Source: a bacterium (lineage in GTDB: Bacteria; UBA8248). Taken from it: DNA of 64,000 nt. The notes under the pieces are model-generated. The model made no database searches, was not told the origin of the DNA, and saw nothing but the letters and a program-made list of their open reading frames with translations. The stretch lies in NCBI GenBank assembly GCA_965202625.1, contig CBDBBI010000010.1, forward strand, positions 64,001-128,000. The letters are read 5' to 3'. A program made the translations under genes and the position numbers. This document shows positions 20,182 through 31,519 of this stretch, piece after piece; position 1 is the stretch's first letter, and each line of letters begins with the position of its first letter.

Positions 20182-21057
20182 CTACCCCGAGACGATCGCC
20201 CAGGCCCCGAGGACGGAGCATGCCCCGCCGATGACGACTTGGACGCTGACCCGCTCCTGTTTTCTGAAAAAGAGCAAGGAGAGGAGGATGACGATGAGGA
20301 CGGAGAGCCGGTTGATGGGTGCCACTTGGACGATCTCTCCGGTCTTGATCGCCCACCAGAAGAAGAAGGCGGCCCAAAAATTGCATGTCGCCCCTAGGAT
20401 GGCGACGATGAGGGAGTGGCGGGTGAAGGAGCCGCTCCGCAGCGTCGGCAGAAAAAAAGCGCTCGCGAACAGCAGGGTGAGCGTCGTTATGTTGGAGATT
20501 CCCATGCCCAATGGGACTGAAGGGATATGGGCGAAACCGTATTTGCGGACAACGTGGGAGACGCTGGCGAAAAAGGCGCCTGTTACGGGGATGAGATAAT
20601 AGGCGGGAGCGACCCGTTTCTCCAGTGCCCCGTTGTCGTAGAGGAGAAGGACGCCGCCGCCCATTATCCCCAAAGTTCCCAGCGCGACCAAGGGGGTGAG
20701 GTTTTCGCCCAGCAGGACGACGGCCAGTCCCGAGGACCAGACGAGGCCGGTCTGGGTCAGGATGGGCGTGCGGGCCAGCCCCACGAGTTTGATGGATATC
20801 ATGCTGGCGTATCGGCCGCCCAGTCCGCCGATGGTCCCCACGAGCGCGAACCACAGGACGCCGTGCAGCGGCCAGGTTTCCAGCCCGTCGCCGATAGAAT
20901 AGAGGCCGAGGGCGAAGGACGTGGTGATCGCGGTCGCAATCGCCGTCGTCGTCAGGGGACTCAGGCTGATGAGCGCGCCCCGATAGAGGGTCCTGGCGAC
21001 GGAGATGAATAAGGCCGAAAGGAGCGCCATCAGGTTCGGATGTAGCGAATCAAGCAA
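20182..21057 (-). CDS. DMT/EamA family transporter
   Basis: About 10 TMs; LLGENL and FFRKQERVS EamA repeat ends. Confidence 0.9.
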   Translation of the reverse strand: MLDSLHPNLMALLSALFISVARTLYRGALISLSPLTTTAIATAITTSFALGLYSIGDGLETWPLHGVLWFALVGTIGGLGGRYASMISIKLVGLARTPILTQTGLVWSSGLAVVLLGENLTPLVALGTLGIMGGGVLLLYDNGALEKRVAPAYYLIPVTGAFFASVSHVVRKYGFAHIPSVPLGMGISNITTLTLLFASAFFLPTLRSGSFTRHSLIVAILGATCNFWAAFFFWWAIKTGEIVQVAPINRLSVLIVILLSLLFFRKQERVSVQVVIGGACSVLGAWAIVSG

Positions 21058-21948
21058 ACGGGATGACCTTCAAGAAGAATAGAAAATCCCATTATCCGCC
21101 AAGGGGCGGTAGAGGGCAAGGGGAGTCCAGCGTCCTGACGCACCCGAAGGCGGCGTGAGAACGCCCTGAGTGTTCTCCAACCAAAACCCCAGTTCGAGGC
21201 GGCCATGCCCGCGCCCGGCATAGAAGCGCATCCGCTGCTGTTCACGTCCAGCACGGCGGAGAACGAAGTCTCCATGCCGATCGAGAAGCGATCGATATGA
21301 TATGCTCCGTCCAGACTGCACAGAATGCGGGTTCTTTCCGCTTCGGATTGGATTTCGCCCTCCGTCTCGGCGGCTTTGGGCGAACATCCACTCCAAAGTC
21401 CACGGAGACGCGTAGGGAGAGACCGTCCCTCTTGTTCCCCATCTCGAGGTCTGCGCCGTTCCCATCCCGCAGGGAGGTCCGCGATTCCACCGCGTCGGTG
21501 AAGCCATACCCAGCCTGAGGTCCGAGCGCGTGAGGCGGTGCTGCGTGGGTGGAGAGGTTTCTCCTCGGATATGGGCCAAGGCGACGAGAGCGCTCTGAAT
21601 GAGAACACGCCCTCTAAGTCACCCGCATCCGGCCCTTTTTCGCGTGCTCAAACGGCGGGTTTCGCATACGGTTTTCTCCCACAAAAAGATCATTTTTCCG
21701 AGAGGTTTTCCCCTTGGAAAATCTGCGAACTTTCCAGCCCGTTCGCAATAGTTTTTGTCGGGCTACGCCGAGAGAGTCGAACATGGCACGTCAAGACCGA
21801 AATGACTTGCTTCCAGTAGAACCAGTTTTGTCAAGGCGGAATTTTTAGAGTTTCCATGCCTGGGTCGCGTCGCTTTTGTATTGGATCGTTATCGCATGGG
21901 CGAGAGAGGCGCTTCGGGCGATTGGCGAATTCGTGTTTTCACCGCGCC

Positions 21949-22533
21949 TCAGGGTTTCCATGCCTCGGGCGGATCCGCCGCGTCTCGGGCGTAGCCGTCG
22001 CGCGACAATCGATCCCTGAACCACGCCTCGTTTACCCGGTTCGTATAAGGGTCCATGACGGCCAGATCACAGAAAATTTCGATGCAGTTGCCCGATGGGT
22101 CCGCGACGTAGAGGGCGTGGTTCTCCCCCCAGAATCCATCCCCCTCCGGGTGCGTGGGACTGTGGATGGACGGTCCCCAGAAAATGTCGATCTCCTGCTC
22201 TTCGAGATAGGCGGCCCAGGCTTCGAGCTGGGTGCGGTCCTCCACCTGGAACGCGATGTGGTGCAGTCCCGTCTGGGTGGTGTCGAATGAGCGTCCCTCG
22301 GGCGGAGGCGGACCTTCCCCCTCTGGCCAGAAGATGAGGTTCAGGTCGTGATGAAGCGGCGTGCATCTCATGAAGCACAAGCCGAAGGGAAAACCAGGAA
22401 CGCTGCCCGGCGGATATATTTCGGATATATGAAAGCCCAGTTTGTTCACGTAGAAATCCTTCGCCGCCTCAATGTTGTGGACTTTTACTGCGGCGTGCTG
22501 AAGCCGCATGGGCCCCTCAGGTGGTTTTGACAT
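21949..22533 (-). CDS. VOC family protein (catechol-2,3-dioxygenase-like)
   Basis: LQHAAVKV, HHDLNL, GLHHIAF, YVADPSGNCIEIF. Confidence 0.88.
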   Translation of the reverse strand: MSKPPEGPMRLQHAAVKVHNIEAAKDFYVNKLGFHISEIYPPGSVPGFPFGLCFMRCTPLHHDLNLIFWPEGEGPPPPEGRSFDTTQTGLHHIAFQVEDRTQLEAWAAYLEEQEIDIFWGPSIHSPTHPEGDGFWGENHALYVADPSGNCIEIFCDLAVMDPYTNRVNEAWFRDRLSRDGYARDAADPPEAWKP

Positions 22534-22552
22534 GAAAAACCCTCCTCAAATT

Positions 22553-23692
22553 TTATGCGTCAACGCGCGCCCATGAGTCCCTGCCCAAGTCTCCTAGACC
22601 CTCGCAGCCGTTATCGGTAACGGCGACCGCATCCTCGATCTTTACGTGCCCCACCTCCGGATGCCGAATGTCGCATTCTACGGAAACCACCATTCCCGCC
22701 TCAAGGGTGCGCTCCGCGCGTGGGCCAAAGCGCGGTAGTTCCTGCTGAACCATGCCGATGCCGTGGATTTCGAAAATCCCCGCATCAGAGAAGCCGGTTT
22801 CCTGAAACGCCTGCTCCCCTTGCGCGTGAACCGCCCCGCAACTCGCCCCGTTCCTGATGGCGTTCCTGCAGGCGTCAACGCAATGCAGACAGGCACTTCT
22901 TAATTCCTCGGCCAGGGGCGAGGGCCGGCCCCGCACGCCCATCCTGCAGATATCCGCCATGTAACCCGCCTCCGAGCCGCCCGCGTCGATATGCAGAACT
23001 TCTCCCTTCTCCCAGATTTTGTCGGACGGCTCACGCCTCATGCCGCGTCCTGCGGCGGTGAAGGCGTAATGATAGAGAAGCCCCCGCTTTACCATTTCCT
23101 CCTCCACGCGTCGGGCCACCTTCCGGGTCGTGGCGTCTTCCGCCCCCGCCTCGAAACCGGCTTGTATCGCTTTGGCGTCGGCGTGGGCGGCACGCCGGAA
23201 TACGTCGAGTTCCTCCTCCCTCTTCACAGCACGCAGCTCCTCGAGAATCCCGAGCGCGTCCACGAACCGCGCCCCGCGCAACGCGCGCGAGAGGGCGTCC
23301 ATCGCGTCCACCGGCAAAAAGGCGCGCTCAACCGCGATGGTTCCCCTCTCTAGGCCCCGCTTCTTGATCGCCTCGGCCGCCATTCGCGCTGCGCCTACCG
23401 TGTCCCGCGCCCTCGTGTAGATGACGTCTGGTATCCAGGAGTATATTTCATTGCGAGGGGCCGCCTCGACGCGCCAAGCCACCTGAAAGGCGTTTTCCAC
23501 GCCCTTCAGGGGAATTCCCACGAAGGGGAGATATTGGCTTGGCCCGATGGCGGTCACGCGCTCTCGAAAATGGAAGTAGTAGCCGCCCGTGAGGTAGCGG
23601 AGGTTATGGGGGGTGTGCGCGAGCACGAGATCGACGCCCGCCCCCTCCATCAGACGCGCGAGTTTGCGCCCGTCATAGAGAGGTTTTCTCAC
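22553..23692 (-). CDS. M24-fold (Xaa-Pro peptidase-like) hydrolase, paralog 2
   Basis: HIDAGG, YMADICR, HGIGMVQQE, SVECD, KIED metal ligands. Confidence 0.9.
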   Translation of the reverse strand: MRKPLYDGRKLARLMEGAGVDLVLAHTPHNLRYLTGGYYFHFRERVTAIGPSQYLPFVGIPLKGVENAFQVAWRVEAAPRNEIYSWIPDVIYTRARDTVGAARMAAEAIKKRGLERGTIAVERAFLPVDAMDALSRALRGARFVDALGILEELRAVKREEELDVFRRAAHADAKAIQAGFEAGAEDATTRKVARRVEEEMVKRGLLYHYAFTAAGRGMRREPSDKIWEKGEVLHIDAGGSEAGYMADICRMGVRGRPSPLAEELRSACLHCVDACRNAIRNGASCGAVHAQGEQAFQETGFSDAGIFEIHGIGMVQQELPRFGPRAERTLEAGMVVSVECDIRHPEVGHVKIEDAVAVTDNGCEGLGDLGRDSWARVDA

Positions 23693-24819
23693 GTGACCAC
23701 CGCCCAGCCCTCACGCCCCAGATCGCCCAGAGGCTCGTAGCCATCCGCCGTCACTGCCACGGCGTCCTCCACCTTCACGTAGCCCACTTCGGGGTGCCGG
23801 ACGTCGGTCTCTATCGAAACCACCATTCCCTCCTCGAGTTTTCTCTCCGCTCCTGGACCAAAGCGCGGTTGCTCGTGCGAGACCATGCCGATGCCGTGAA
23901 TGATGAAGTTGCCGTATTTCCCATGCTCGGCGCCTTTCAGACAGCTCCAGCCGCGCTCGTAGATATCTCCGCAGACGGCGCCGGGGTGTATGGTGTCCCG
24001 CACGCGGTCTTGCGTCTCGATGCAGGTTTTGTAGAGGTCGTCTGCCAGTGCCGACGGCTCGCCCCTCACGCCCATTCTACAGATATCGGTGAGGTAGTCG
24101 GCCTCCGCGCCTCCCGCGTCGAGGTGGAGCACCTCTCCCTTCTCCCAGACCTTCTCGGAGGGGGCGCGAAGCATTCCGGGGCCCGCCGCCGTGAACACCC
24201 ACAGGAAATGAAGCCCCCTGTCTGTCATGCCTTTCTCCACCGCGCGGGCGACTTCCCTTGTGGTCGCTCCGGGTCTTGTGGTCTGGAAGGCTTCATGAAT
24301 CGCCTCGGCGTCCGCCTGTGAGATGCGGCGATAGCGCGCTATCTCCTCGGGCGTCTTGATGGCGCGCAACTCCTCCAGAATGGGAAGTGCCTCGACGAAT
24401 CTCGCGTTCGGAAGTTCCCTTGCCAGCGCCTCTTTGGCCGTGGCGGGCAAGAAGTTGCCCTCTAGAGCGATCGCGCCGGCCCCGAGCCCGCGCGCCAATA
24501 TGGCGCGAGCGGCCTCGGCGGCGGCCTCCGCTGGATGCCTGCCGGATGGAACGAGTTCCGGTATCCAAAGGTTTTGATCCTCCGCTTGGCCGATTTCTCC
24601 GTTTCCGCCTATGAGGAAGGATTCCTCGACTGCGCCGCGCGAAATTCCGGCCAGCGCCATGTATTGCCCCTCGCCCATCGCCGTGAATCTCTCATGAAAG
24701 TGAAAATAATATCCACCGCAAAGGTAGCGGACGTTCTCTCGCGTGCTGGCCAGAACGAGGTCCACGTCTGACTCTTCCATGAGGCGGTCAAGTTTTTCAC
24801 TGTCATAGGGTGGCTGCAT
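23689..24819 (-). CDS. M24-fold (Xaa-Pro peptidase-like) hydrolase, paralog 1
   Basis: HLDAGG, YLTDICR, HGIGMVSHE, SIETD, KVED metal ligands. Confidence 0.9.
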   Translation of the reverse strand: MQPPYDSEKLDRLMEESDVDLVLASTRENVRYLCGGYYFHFHERFTAMGEGQYMALAGISRGAVEESFLIGGNGEIGQAEDQNLWIPELVPSGRHPAEAAAEAARAILARGLGAGAIALEGNFLPATAKEALARELPNARFVEALPILEELRAIKTPEEIARYRRISQADAEAIHEAFQTTRPGATTREVARAVEKGMTDRGLHFLWVFTAAGPGMLRAPSEKVWEKGEVLHLDAGGAEADYLTDICRMGVRGEPSALADDLYKTCIETQDRVRDTIHPGAVCGDIYERGWSCLKGAEHGKYGNFIIHGIGMVSHEQPRFGPGAERKLEEGMVVSIETDVRHPEVGYVKVEDAVAVTADGYEPLGDLGREGWAVVT

Positions 24820-24965
24820 GAATGAATCCTCCAGTTTTCAGAATAAGAATAGATGCGGCAATCATCCGTTTACTCGATCCTCGCCCAAGAGGTCGCCGAG
24901 GGTCAATCTGGCCTCCCCGGCGCGGACGCATCGCCTCGCTCCCCCGTGTGTGCTCCCCTATGGCC

Positions 24966-25900
24966 TCAAGCCGTCAGGCCGAGTTTCTTTGTCTTCGTCT
25001 CAACGTCGATGCCAAAGAGTCGACTTGATTCACTCCCAGAATTTTCCGCTTGTCCGCCTCCGTGATGGGCGGATACCCCTATCGCTCCTGTAGTTCCTAG
25101 GAGATCTCCATCTCCCAGAACCATTCGAGCATGGGCTAGAGATTTGCTAGGAAGGTGCCCCCGACCCCCCCAGAGGGTTGGGTCCGCGCCTACGCCGCGA
25201 GGCAGCCTGCCCATGTGCTCCTTGTATTGCCAGACGCGATGAGGGGCAGGCGCATCGTGCCCGAGAGGGCGATCGACACGTTCTCGAAGCGCGCGGCGAT
25301 ATGGACGCACTCCTCCAAATAGAGAAGAGTCAGGTGGTGAATCGCGAAGGTGAGGTCCGGAAAGTCCATGGCCGTCTGCTGGACGTCGAGTGGAGAGAGA
25401 TTCTCCAAGCGCGCCCGGGTGATGGAAAACCCCTTGCGGGATTGAAGCACGCTGATTCCCAGCGCGCCCTTCTCGTATATCAGATGCGCGAGCTTAGGGG
25501 TCGTCGCAGCACCAGGAATTTCCGTCGAAGTGGGTGTTGTAGAATTTTGATCGAAGGACGTGCTCCGGGTGCGTGCGAATTCATATTGCGCCTGAAGGCG
25601 GAATAAACCCTCCTTATAGACATAGACGTCATAGAGAACGATGTCCTGGTCCATGTCGATGTCGGTTTCGAGTTTTCGAATCCCGCCTTGCTCAGCTCTT
25701 GGACGGTTCATCTTCTGGCGAAGCCGCCGATGGGATTGCCTTTGCCATAGCCATAAAGGTTTTCTTGGCCTTTGGGCCGCCTTGCCGACGCATAAATGCC
25801 AGAGGCGGTCAAGGACGATGTCCGGACGGGCGAGATTCTCACCCGATAGGTCATACATGTAGCCCACATCGTCGAACATGGATATCTCGTCGCTGGGCAT
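24966..25900 (-). pseudogene. decayed amidohydrolase_2 family gene
   Basis: Fragments MFDDVGYMYDLS, LQSRKGF, PLDVQQTAMDFPDLTFAIHH, AARFENV, GVGADPTLWG, with degenerate ligands and frame changes. Confidence 0.65.
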
Positions 25901-26120
25901 TCGCGCCTCCCACTTTTCCGAACAGGCGTTCAAGACGGTTCGGCGGGACCGCACCCAAAATATCGCACATTTCAGAAACGGGTTATAGGGCGAGACGCGT
26001 GGGGAGAGAAACGCGCGGATTTTCACTAGCGCGTTTGACCATGCGCCCATGAAACTATATATTGCTACTGTATTGAGCGGAGCGATCCTGCGCTTTCAAG
26101 TTTTTTTTGGAGATCGACGC

Positions 26121-26798
26121 ATGGGCCAATTCTCAAGCATCGCGCAATCGTCCATCGGCGCGAAAATCACCATGGCAGTCACGGGGATTGTGTTGTGCCT
26201 GTTTATCATCTCCCATATGCTCGGGAATTTCCTGGTGTTCGTGGGCCCTGACGCGACGAACGCCTATGCGAAGGGGTTGAAGGATCTGGGTGCTCTTTTG
26301 TGGGCGGCGCGCGTGGGCCTGCTGGTCGTGTTCTTGGTGCACGTCGGCTCTGCCTTGCGTCTTTGGCGTCTGAATCAGGCGGCCCGACCGCAGGGATACG
26401 CGGTGGTGGACACCAGCGTGGTCACCTACGCAGGCCGCTCCATCGTCCTGACGGGCGTCCTCGTCTTGGCTTTCGCCGTCTATCATCTGCTCCACTTCAC
26501 GCTGTTCGCCACGAATCCTGAATTTGCCCAGCTCTATGACGCACAAGGTCGCCATGATGTTTATAGAATGGTCGTTTTGGGGTTTCAGAACGTCGCGGTA
26601 TCTGGCGTTTATCTCTTCTCGATGATTCTGCTTGGCCTGCATCTGAGTCACGGTGTGACGAGCCTGTTTCAGTCCTTGGGGATGAACCATCCATCCTACA
26701 ACCCCTTGATCAAGCGGCTTGGCCCCTGGAGCGGCGTCCTCGTGGCCGTCGGCTTCATGTCGATTCCTTTGGCCGTCTTGGCGGGCGTGCTGAAATAG
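26121..26798 (+). CDS. sdhC: succinate dehydrogenase cytochrome b subunit (five-TM type)
   Basis: [28 protein letters not shown]. Confidence 0.93.
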   Translation: MGQFSSIAQSSIGAKITMAVTGIVLCLFIISHMLGNFLVFVGPDATNAYAKGLKDLGALLWAARVGLLVVFLVHVGSALRLWRLNQAARPQGYAVVDTSVVTYAGRSIVLTGVLVLAFAVYHLLHFTLFATNPEFAQLYDAQGRHDVYRMVVLGFQNVAVSGVYLFSMILLGLHLSHGVTSLFQSLGMNHPSYNPLIKRLGPWSGVLVAVGFMSIPLAVLAGVLK

Positions 26799-26824
26799 TT
26801 CTCCCTCGGCGAGGAGAGACGCGC

Positions 26825-28750
26825 ATGAACGTGAACGGAAGTCTGAATGGAAACGTCCCGCCGGGTGCCTTGGCGGAGAAGTGGGACAACCACCGCTTCA
26901 GCATGAAGCTCGTGAACCCGGCCAACAGACGCCGCTATAAGGTGATCGTGGTGGGTTCAGGGCTGGCTGGCGGGGCGGCCGCGGCCACGCTGGGCGAACT
27001 GGGTTACAATGTGGATTGTTTTTGTTTTCAGGATAGTCCCCGCAGGGCGCACTCCATTGCGGCGCAAGGCGGAATCAACGCCGCCAAGAACTACCAGAAC
27101 GACGGAGATAGCGTCTATCGGTTGTTCTACGACACCATCAAGGGGGGGGATTTCCGTTCACGCGAGGCGAACGTGTATCGCTTGGCGCAAGTGAGCGCGC
27201 ACATAATCGATCAGTGTGTCGCCATGGGCGTCCCGTTCGCGCGCGAATACGGAGGGCAGATGGCGAACCGCTCGTTTGGCGGAGCGCAGGTGTCGAGAAC
27301 TTTCTATGCCAGGGGACAGACGGGCCAGCAGCTGCTCCTCGGCGTGTATTCTGCCCTTAGCCGACAGATAGCGGCCGGGACGGTGAAAATGCGTCCCCGC
27401 ACCGAGATGCTTGACCTCGTTTTGGTAGATGGCCAGGCGAAGGGCATTATCACGCGCAACCTCGTGACCGGAGCGATTGAAAGACACGCAGCCGACGTCG
27501 TCATCATGGCCACGGGCGGATATGGGCCGGTATTCTATCTTTCCACGAACGCCATGGGAACTAATGTCACCGCCTCGGTCCGGGCATACAAGAAAGGCGC
27601 CTACTTTGCAAACCCCTGCTACACCCAGATTCACCCGACGTGCATTCCGGTTTCAGGAGATCATCAATCAAAGCTCACGCTGATGTCCGAGTCGCTTAGA
27701 AACGACGGCCGTATCTGGGTTTCGATGAAGAAGGGGGATCCGAGAGTCCCTGCGGAAATACCCGAGGAGGAGCGGGACTATTATCTGGAGCGCATGTATC
27801 CAAGCTTCGGCAACCTTGCACCGCGTGACATCGCCTCGCGCGCGGCGAAGCGCGCGTACGACGAGGGCCGTGGAGTAGGGGAGACGTGCCTCGGCGTCTA
27901 TCTGGACTTCACGGATGCCATCAAGCGTCTGGGGCTGGGCGTGGTGAAGCAGCGATACGGCAACCTCTTCGACATGTATGAGAAGATCACGGGCGAGAAC
28001 GCCTATCAGATGCCTATGCGAATCTACCCCGCCATTCATTACACGATGGGCGGCCTCTGGGTCGATTACAACCTGATGAGCAACGTCGCGGGCCTGTTCG
28101 TGCTGGGGGAGGCGAACTTCTCCGACCACGGTGCGAACCGTCTGGGTGCCAGCGCGCTCATGCAAGGGCTGGCGGACGGCTACTTCGTGGCACCCTATAC
28201 GGTGGGGAACTACTTGGCGAGCCAGGCGCCCGGAGAGGTTTCTCCGGACTTTCCAGAATTCACCCGCGCCGCCCATGACGTGGAGGAGCGGATCAAGCGT
28301 GTGCTTTACGTTGAGGGGAAGCGCACGGCGTCTTCCTTCCACCGGGAGTTGGGCCTCATCTGCTGGGAGCATTGCGGGATGGCACGCTCGAAGGAGAGTC
28401 TGACGAAAGCGCTGGAGCTGATCCCCGCGCTTCGAGAGGAATTCTGGGAGAATGTGCGCGTGCCCGGAGACGACGACGAACTCAACCCGGAGCTCGAAAA
28501 GGCGCTTCGCGTCGCAGATTTTCTGGAATTTGCGGAATTGATGTGTTACGACGCCCTCGTGCGGGAGGAATCCTGCGGCGGACATTTTCGGGAGGAATAC
28601 CAGACGCCCGAGGGTGAGGCGCTTCGGGACGACGGGAATTTCAGCCATGTGAGCGCGTGGGAGGCGCCGCGCAACAGCGGACGTCCGACGCTGCGCAAGG
28701 AAGACCTCGAATTTGAGGAGGTCCAATTCAGCGTGAGGAGCTACAAGTAA
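26825..28750 (+). CDS. sdhA: succinate dehydrogenase/fumarate reductase flavoprotein
   Basis: [33 protein letters not shown]. Confidence 0.97.
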   Translation: MNVNGSLNGNVPPGALAEKWDNHRFSMKLVNPANRRRYKVIVVGSGLAGGAAAATLGELGYNVDCFCFQDSPRRAHSIAAQGGINAAKNYQNDGDSVYRLFYDTIKGGDFRSREANVYRLAQVSAHIIDQCVAMGVPFAREYGGQMANRSFGGAQVSRTFYARGQTGQQLLLGVYSALSRQIAAGTVKMRPRTEMLDLVLVDGQAKGIITRNLVTGAIERHAADVVIMATGGYGPVFYLSTNAMGTNVTASVRAYKKGAYFANPCYTQIHPTCIPVSGDHQSKLTLMSESLRNDGRIWVSMKKGDPRVPAEIPEEERDYYLERMYPSFGNLAPRDIASRAAKRAYDEGRGVGETCLGVYLDFTDAIKRLGLGVVKQRYGNLFDMYEKITGENAYQMPMRIYPAIHYTMGGLWVDYNLMSNVAGLFVLGEANFSDHGANRLGASALMQGLADGYFVAPYTVGNYLASQAPGEVSPDFPEFTRAAHDVEERIKRVLYVEGKRTASSFHRELGLICWEHCGMARSKESLTKALELIPALREEFWENVRVPGDDDELNPELEKALRVADFLEFAELMCYDALVREESCGGHFREEYQTPEGEALRDDGNFSHVSAWEAPRNSGRPTLRKEDLEFEEVQFSVRSYK

Positions 28751-29496
28751 TGAACCTCACCCTTAGGGTTTGGCGGCAAAAGGACGAGCGGGCGACGGGT
28801 GGCCTGGAAACCTACGAGGCGCGCGACGTCATTCCGGACATGTCGTTTTTGGAGATGCTGGACGTGACGAATGAGTGCCTGATCCTCGACGGGCGGAAGC
28901 CCATCGCGTTCGATCACGATTGCCGAGAAGGAATTTGCGGAATGTGCTCTCTGGTGATCAACGGGAAGGCGCACGGGGGTTTCGCCGGCACGACCACCTG
29001 CCAGCTGCACATGCGAAAGTTCAAGGATGGCGACACGATCACCATCGAGCCCTGGCGCGCCAGCGGCTTTCCCGTCCTCAAGGATCTCGTGGTGGATCGC
29101 TCTTCATTTGACCGCATCATCCAGGCGGGCGGGTTCATCTCCGCGAACACGGGAGGCGCGCCGGACGGCAACGCACTTCCGGTGCCGAAACCCGACGCGG
29201 ACGTTGCCATGGATGCGGCCGCCTGCATCGGTTGCGGTGCCTGCGCGGCGTCGTGCCCGAATGGTTCGGCGATGCTTTTCGTGGCGGCGAAGGTATCCCA
29301 CCTCGCGCACCTGCCGCAGGGCTTGCCCGAGCGGGGACAGAGGGTACGCAGCATGGTCGCCCAGATGGACGCGGAGGGTTTTGGCAACTGCGCCAACCAC
29401 GCCGAATGCGAAGCGATGTGCCCCAAGGATATCAGCGTGAGCCACATCGCCAAGATGAACCGCGAGTTCATCCGCGCGGCCGTGCGGGGCGATTGA
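28750..29496 (+). CDS. sdhB: succinate dehydrogenase iron-sulfur subunit
   Basis: [32 protein letters not shown]. Confidence 0.97.
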   Translation: MNLTLRVWRQKDERATGGLETYEARDVIPDMSFLEMLDVTNECLILDGRKPIAFDHDCREGICGMCSLVINGKAHGGFAGTTTCQLHMRKFKDGDTITIEPWRASGFPVLKDLVVDRSSFDRIIQAGGFISANTGGAPDGNALPVPKPDADVAMDAAACIGCGACAASCPNGSAMLFVAAKVSHLAHLPQGLPERGQRVRSMVAQMDAEGFGNCANHAECEAMCPKDISVSHIAKMNREFIRAAVRGD

Positions 29497-29701
29497 CCCG
29501 TCCGAGGAAATCTTGGGGCGTGCTCCCACTCCCTCGCATGGTCTTCTTTGACGACGCTATTTGTCCAGCCGTTCCAGTAGCGCGCGTCCCCCCCACCTTT
29601 TCCATGAGGTCGATTCTAGGTAAACGCTAAAGGGGTAACCAGATCGATTTGACTACGAGGTGCCTGCTTTCGGGGTCATCGCGCCGCTTCCACGAGTCGT
29701 C

Positions 29702-30286
29702 TCAGACAGGAAATTGCTCGTCGTAGGCTCTCCGATCGCGTAGCGGCGAATTCCGGGCGCCACTTGTCCTTGGCATACTCGATAAGTCGCGCGATGGGTA
29801 GGCGGATCCCACGCGACGCCCGCTTCTCTCGCGGGGAACCATGTCCTTGCGAACATCCTTCCCACGTGAACGACGGCTCAGGTTGACCATTTTATCCTTT
29901 GGATGTTTGAGGCTTTCCGGCGTTGGGGATATCCAGTTTATCTGCACGCTCAAGTGTTTGGAGAGGGTTTCGGCGTCCGCCGTCAACCAAGCCTCGACCT
30001 TTCGGATGGCGATTCGAAAGCAAAGGAGGGGAGCGTGGTGGGGTAAGCACTCGCTGGGTAAAGGCGGCGCGCAATCCGCATCGTTGTCGAGATCAGTCAA
30101 CACGATCCACCGCGTATGGCGAACCGCGCGGTTGAAGCCGCGGATCCTTTGGCGGAGGTTATGTTTCCCTTCTCATCCATATACAGCACCCGTCTTTTCT
30201 CCGGCGTGCGCAATAAGCTTTTGCGCAACGGCTTCGTCCAACGCCCCCTCAACGGCGACATTTACATTGATGATGGGAGCGTCCAT
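29702..30286 (-). pseudogene. DUF4276-like (TOPRIM-type) gene with a nonsense codon at 30173-30175
   Basis: AVEGALDEAV...VYG*EGKHNL...WIVLTDLD...CAP...FRIAIRKVEAWL..DAE. Confidence 0.75.
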
Positions 30287-30290
30287 CGCT

Positions 30291-30490
30291 TCACTCGTTG
30301 TCGAAGAGAGGTAATTGGAGCGCGCCCGCCGGTCGTGTCTTGGGGATCACGATCTCGTTGAGCGAGAATCCACCTTCCAGCAACGAGGGGATATCGGAGT
30401 CCGACGCAGCGGGCTCTACTCTCGTGTCTTCTCTTTTTGGGAAGAGTCCTATAAGGCGTAGGGTGCCCTCCTGATTCCCTTCGCTGTAAA
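30291..30490 (-). pseudogene. 3' remnant of an ABC-type AAA_21 ATPase
   Basis: EGTLRLIGL (SDGTLR signature) joined directly to the C-terminal ...LLEGGFSLNEIVIPKTRP..QLPLF; the stop lies 4 bp before the DUF4276-like ATG. Confidence 0.6.
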
Positions 30491-30594
30491 ATGCGGCCAC
30501 TCTCCATTCCCAACGGCGCGAATATGCAGTATGATTCATTCTTGAAAATCTTGCGGGAACGCGAACGTATGCGCTCATCAGAGGGGGTGAAGCC

Positions 30595-31326
30595 ATGTCC
30601 ATGCAAGTAGAGATTCTCGATCGATCGGAAATGACCGAGCAGCTGAAGGAAATGGTTTCACTTGATCCAAAGGAAACCACGATCGTCACCATCGACATGC
30701 ACAGGGGGCACCTCGACCCCGAGGTCGCCACGATGCCGGCGAGTCCGGAGGATTGCGCGAGCGTTATCGGCCACGCGGAGGAGCTGCTCGCCTTCTCCAG
30801 AAGTCACGGAATGCCCGTCGTCCACGTGAAGCTCGTCTTCAGAAAGATTCCGGATTTGGGGAGCGAGGGGATGAAGGTCATCTTCTGGAAGGCGCTCCAC
30901 GACATCCAAGACGAAAAGAATCGCCTCACTCTGGGACGAAAGAGCACGGTGAACGACCACAACATCATCGGCGAGCCGACCACGGAAATGATCCCCTCCC
31001 TCGTGGAGGAGGGCGACTACGTCATTGACAACAAAAAGCGTCTCGACTGCTTCATGGGGACGGATTTGAAGGCTCTTCTGGATTCCCTGAACACGAAGAA
31101 CGTCTGCCTCATGGGCATCAACACGAACACTTGTGTCCTCAACACGGCTTTCACCGCCTTCAACTACGACTACCGGGTGGTTATGCTCTCCGACTGCGTG
31201 GCGAGCATGTATGGGCCGGACCTGCACGTCTTCGGCGTTCAGAACGTCATGCGGTGCCTGGGCTGGGTGTTCAGCAACGAGGAATTCATGGAGAAGGTGG
31301 CTGAGGGCGCGGAGGCGAAGAAGTAG
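30595..31326 (+). CDS. isochorismatase/cysteine hydrolase family protein
   Basis: D-K-C triad: TIDMH, NKKRLDCF, GINTNTCV. Confidence 0.9.
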   Translation: MSMQVEILDRSEMTEQLKEMVSLDPKETTIVTIDMHRGHLDPEVATMPASPEDCASVIGHAEELLAFSRSHGMPVVHVKLVFRKIPDLGSEGMKVIFWKALHDIQDEKNRLTLGRKSTVNDHNIIGEPTTEMIPSLVEEGDYVIDNKKRLDCFMGTDLKALLDSLNTKNVCLMGINTNTCVLNTAFTAFNYDYRVVMLSDCVASMYGPDLHVFGVQNVMRCLGWVFSNEEFMEKVAEGAEAKK

Positions 31327-31519
31327 GTTTTGTCTTCTATGGCTGCTGGCGGATGCGGCAGGGGCAAGGCCCGGCGTTGTGCGCGCATCGGACCGCCCGG
31401 GCCCGGAGCACCGGTTCCGGATCTGAGCGGAGAGGCGCACGCTTCATCCATGTTTTCGAGGTTCACTTTCGCTCAACGCCGAGCACTGATTTTTGGTTCT
31501 TACAGAAAGGGTATTTGAG

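Noticed and set aside
30173-30175. In-frame TGA in the DUF4276-like gene as a possible Sec codon
   Set aside because: The context VYG*EGK is not a Cys motif, and the gene has other lesions and a deleted partner, so this is a nonsense mutation.
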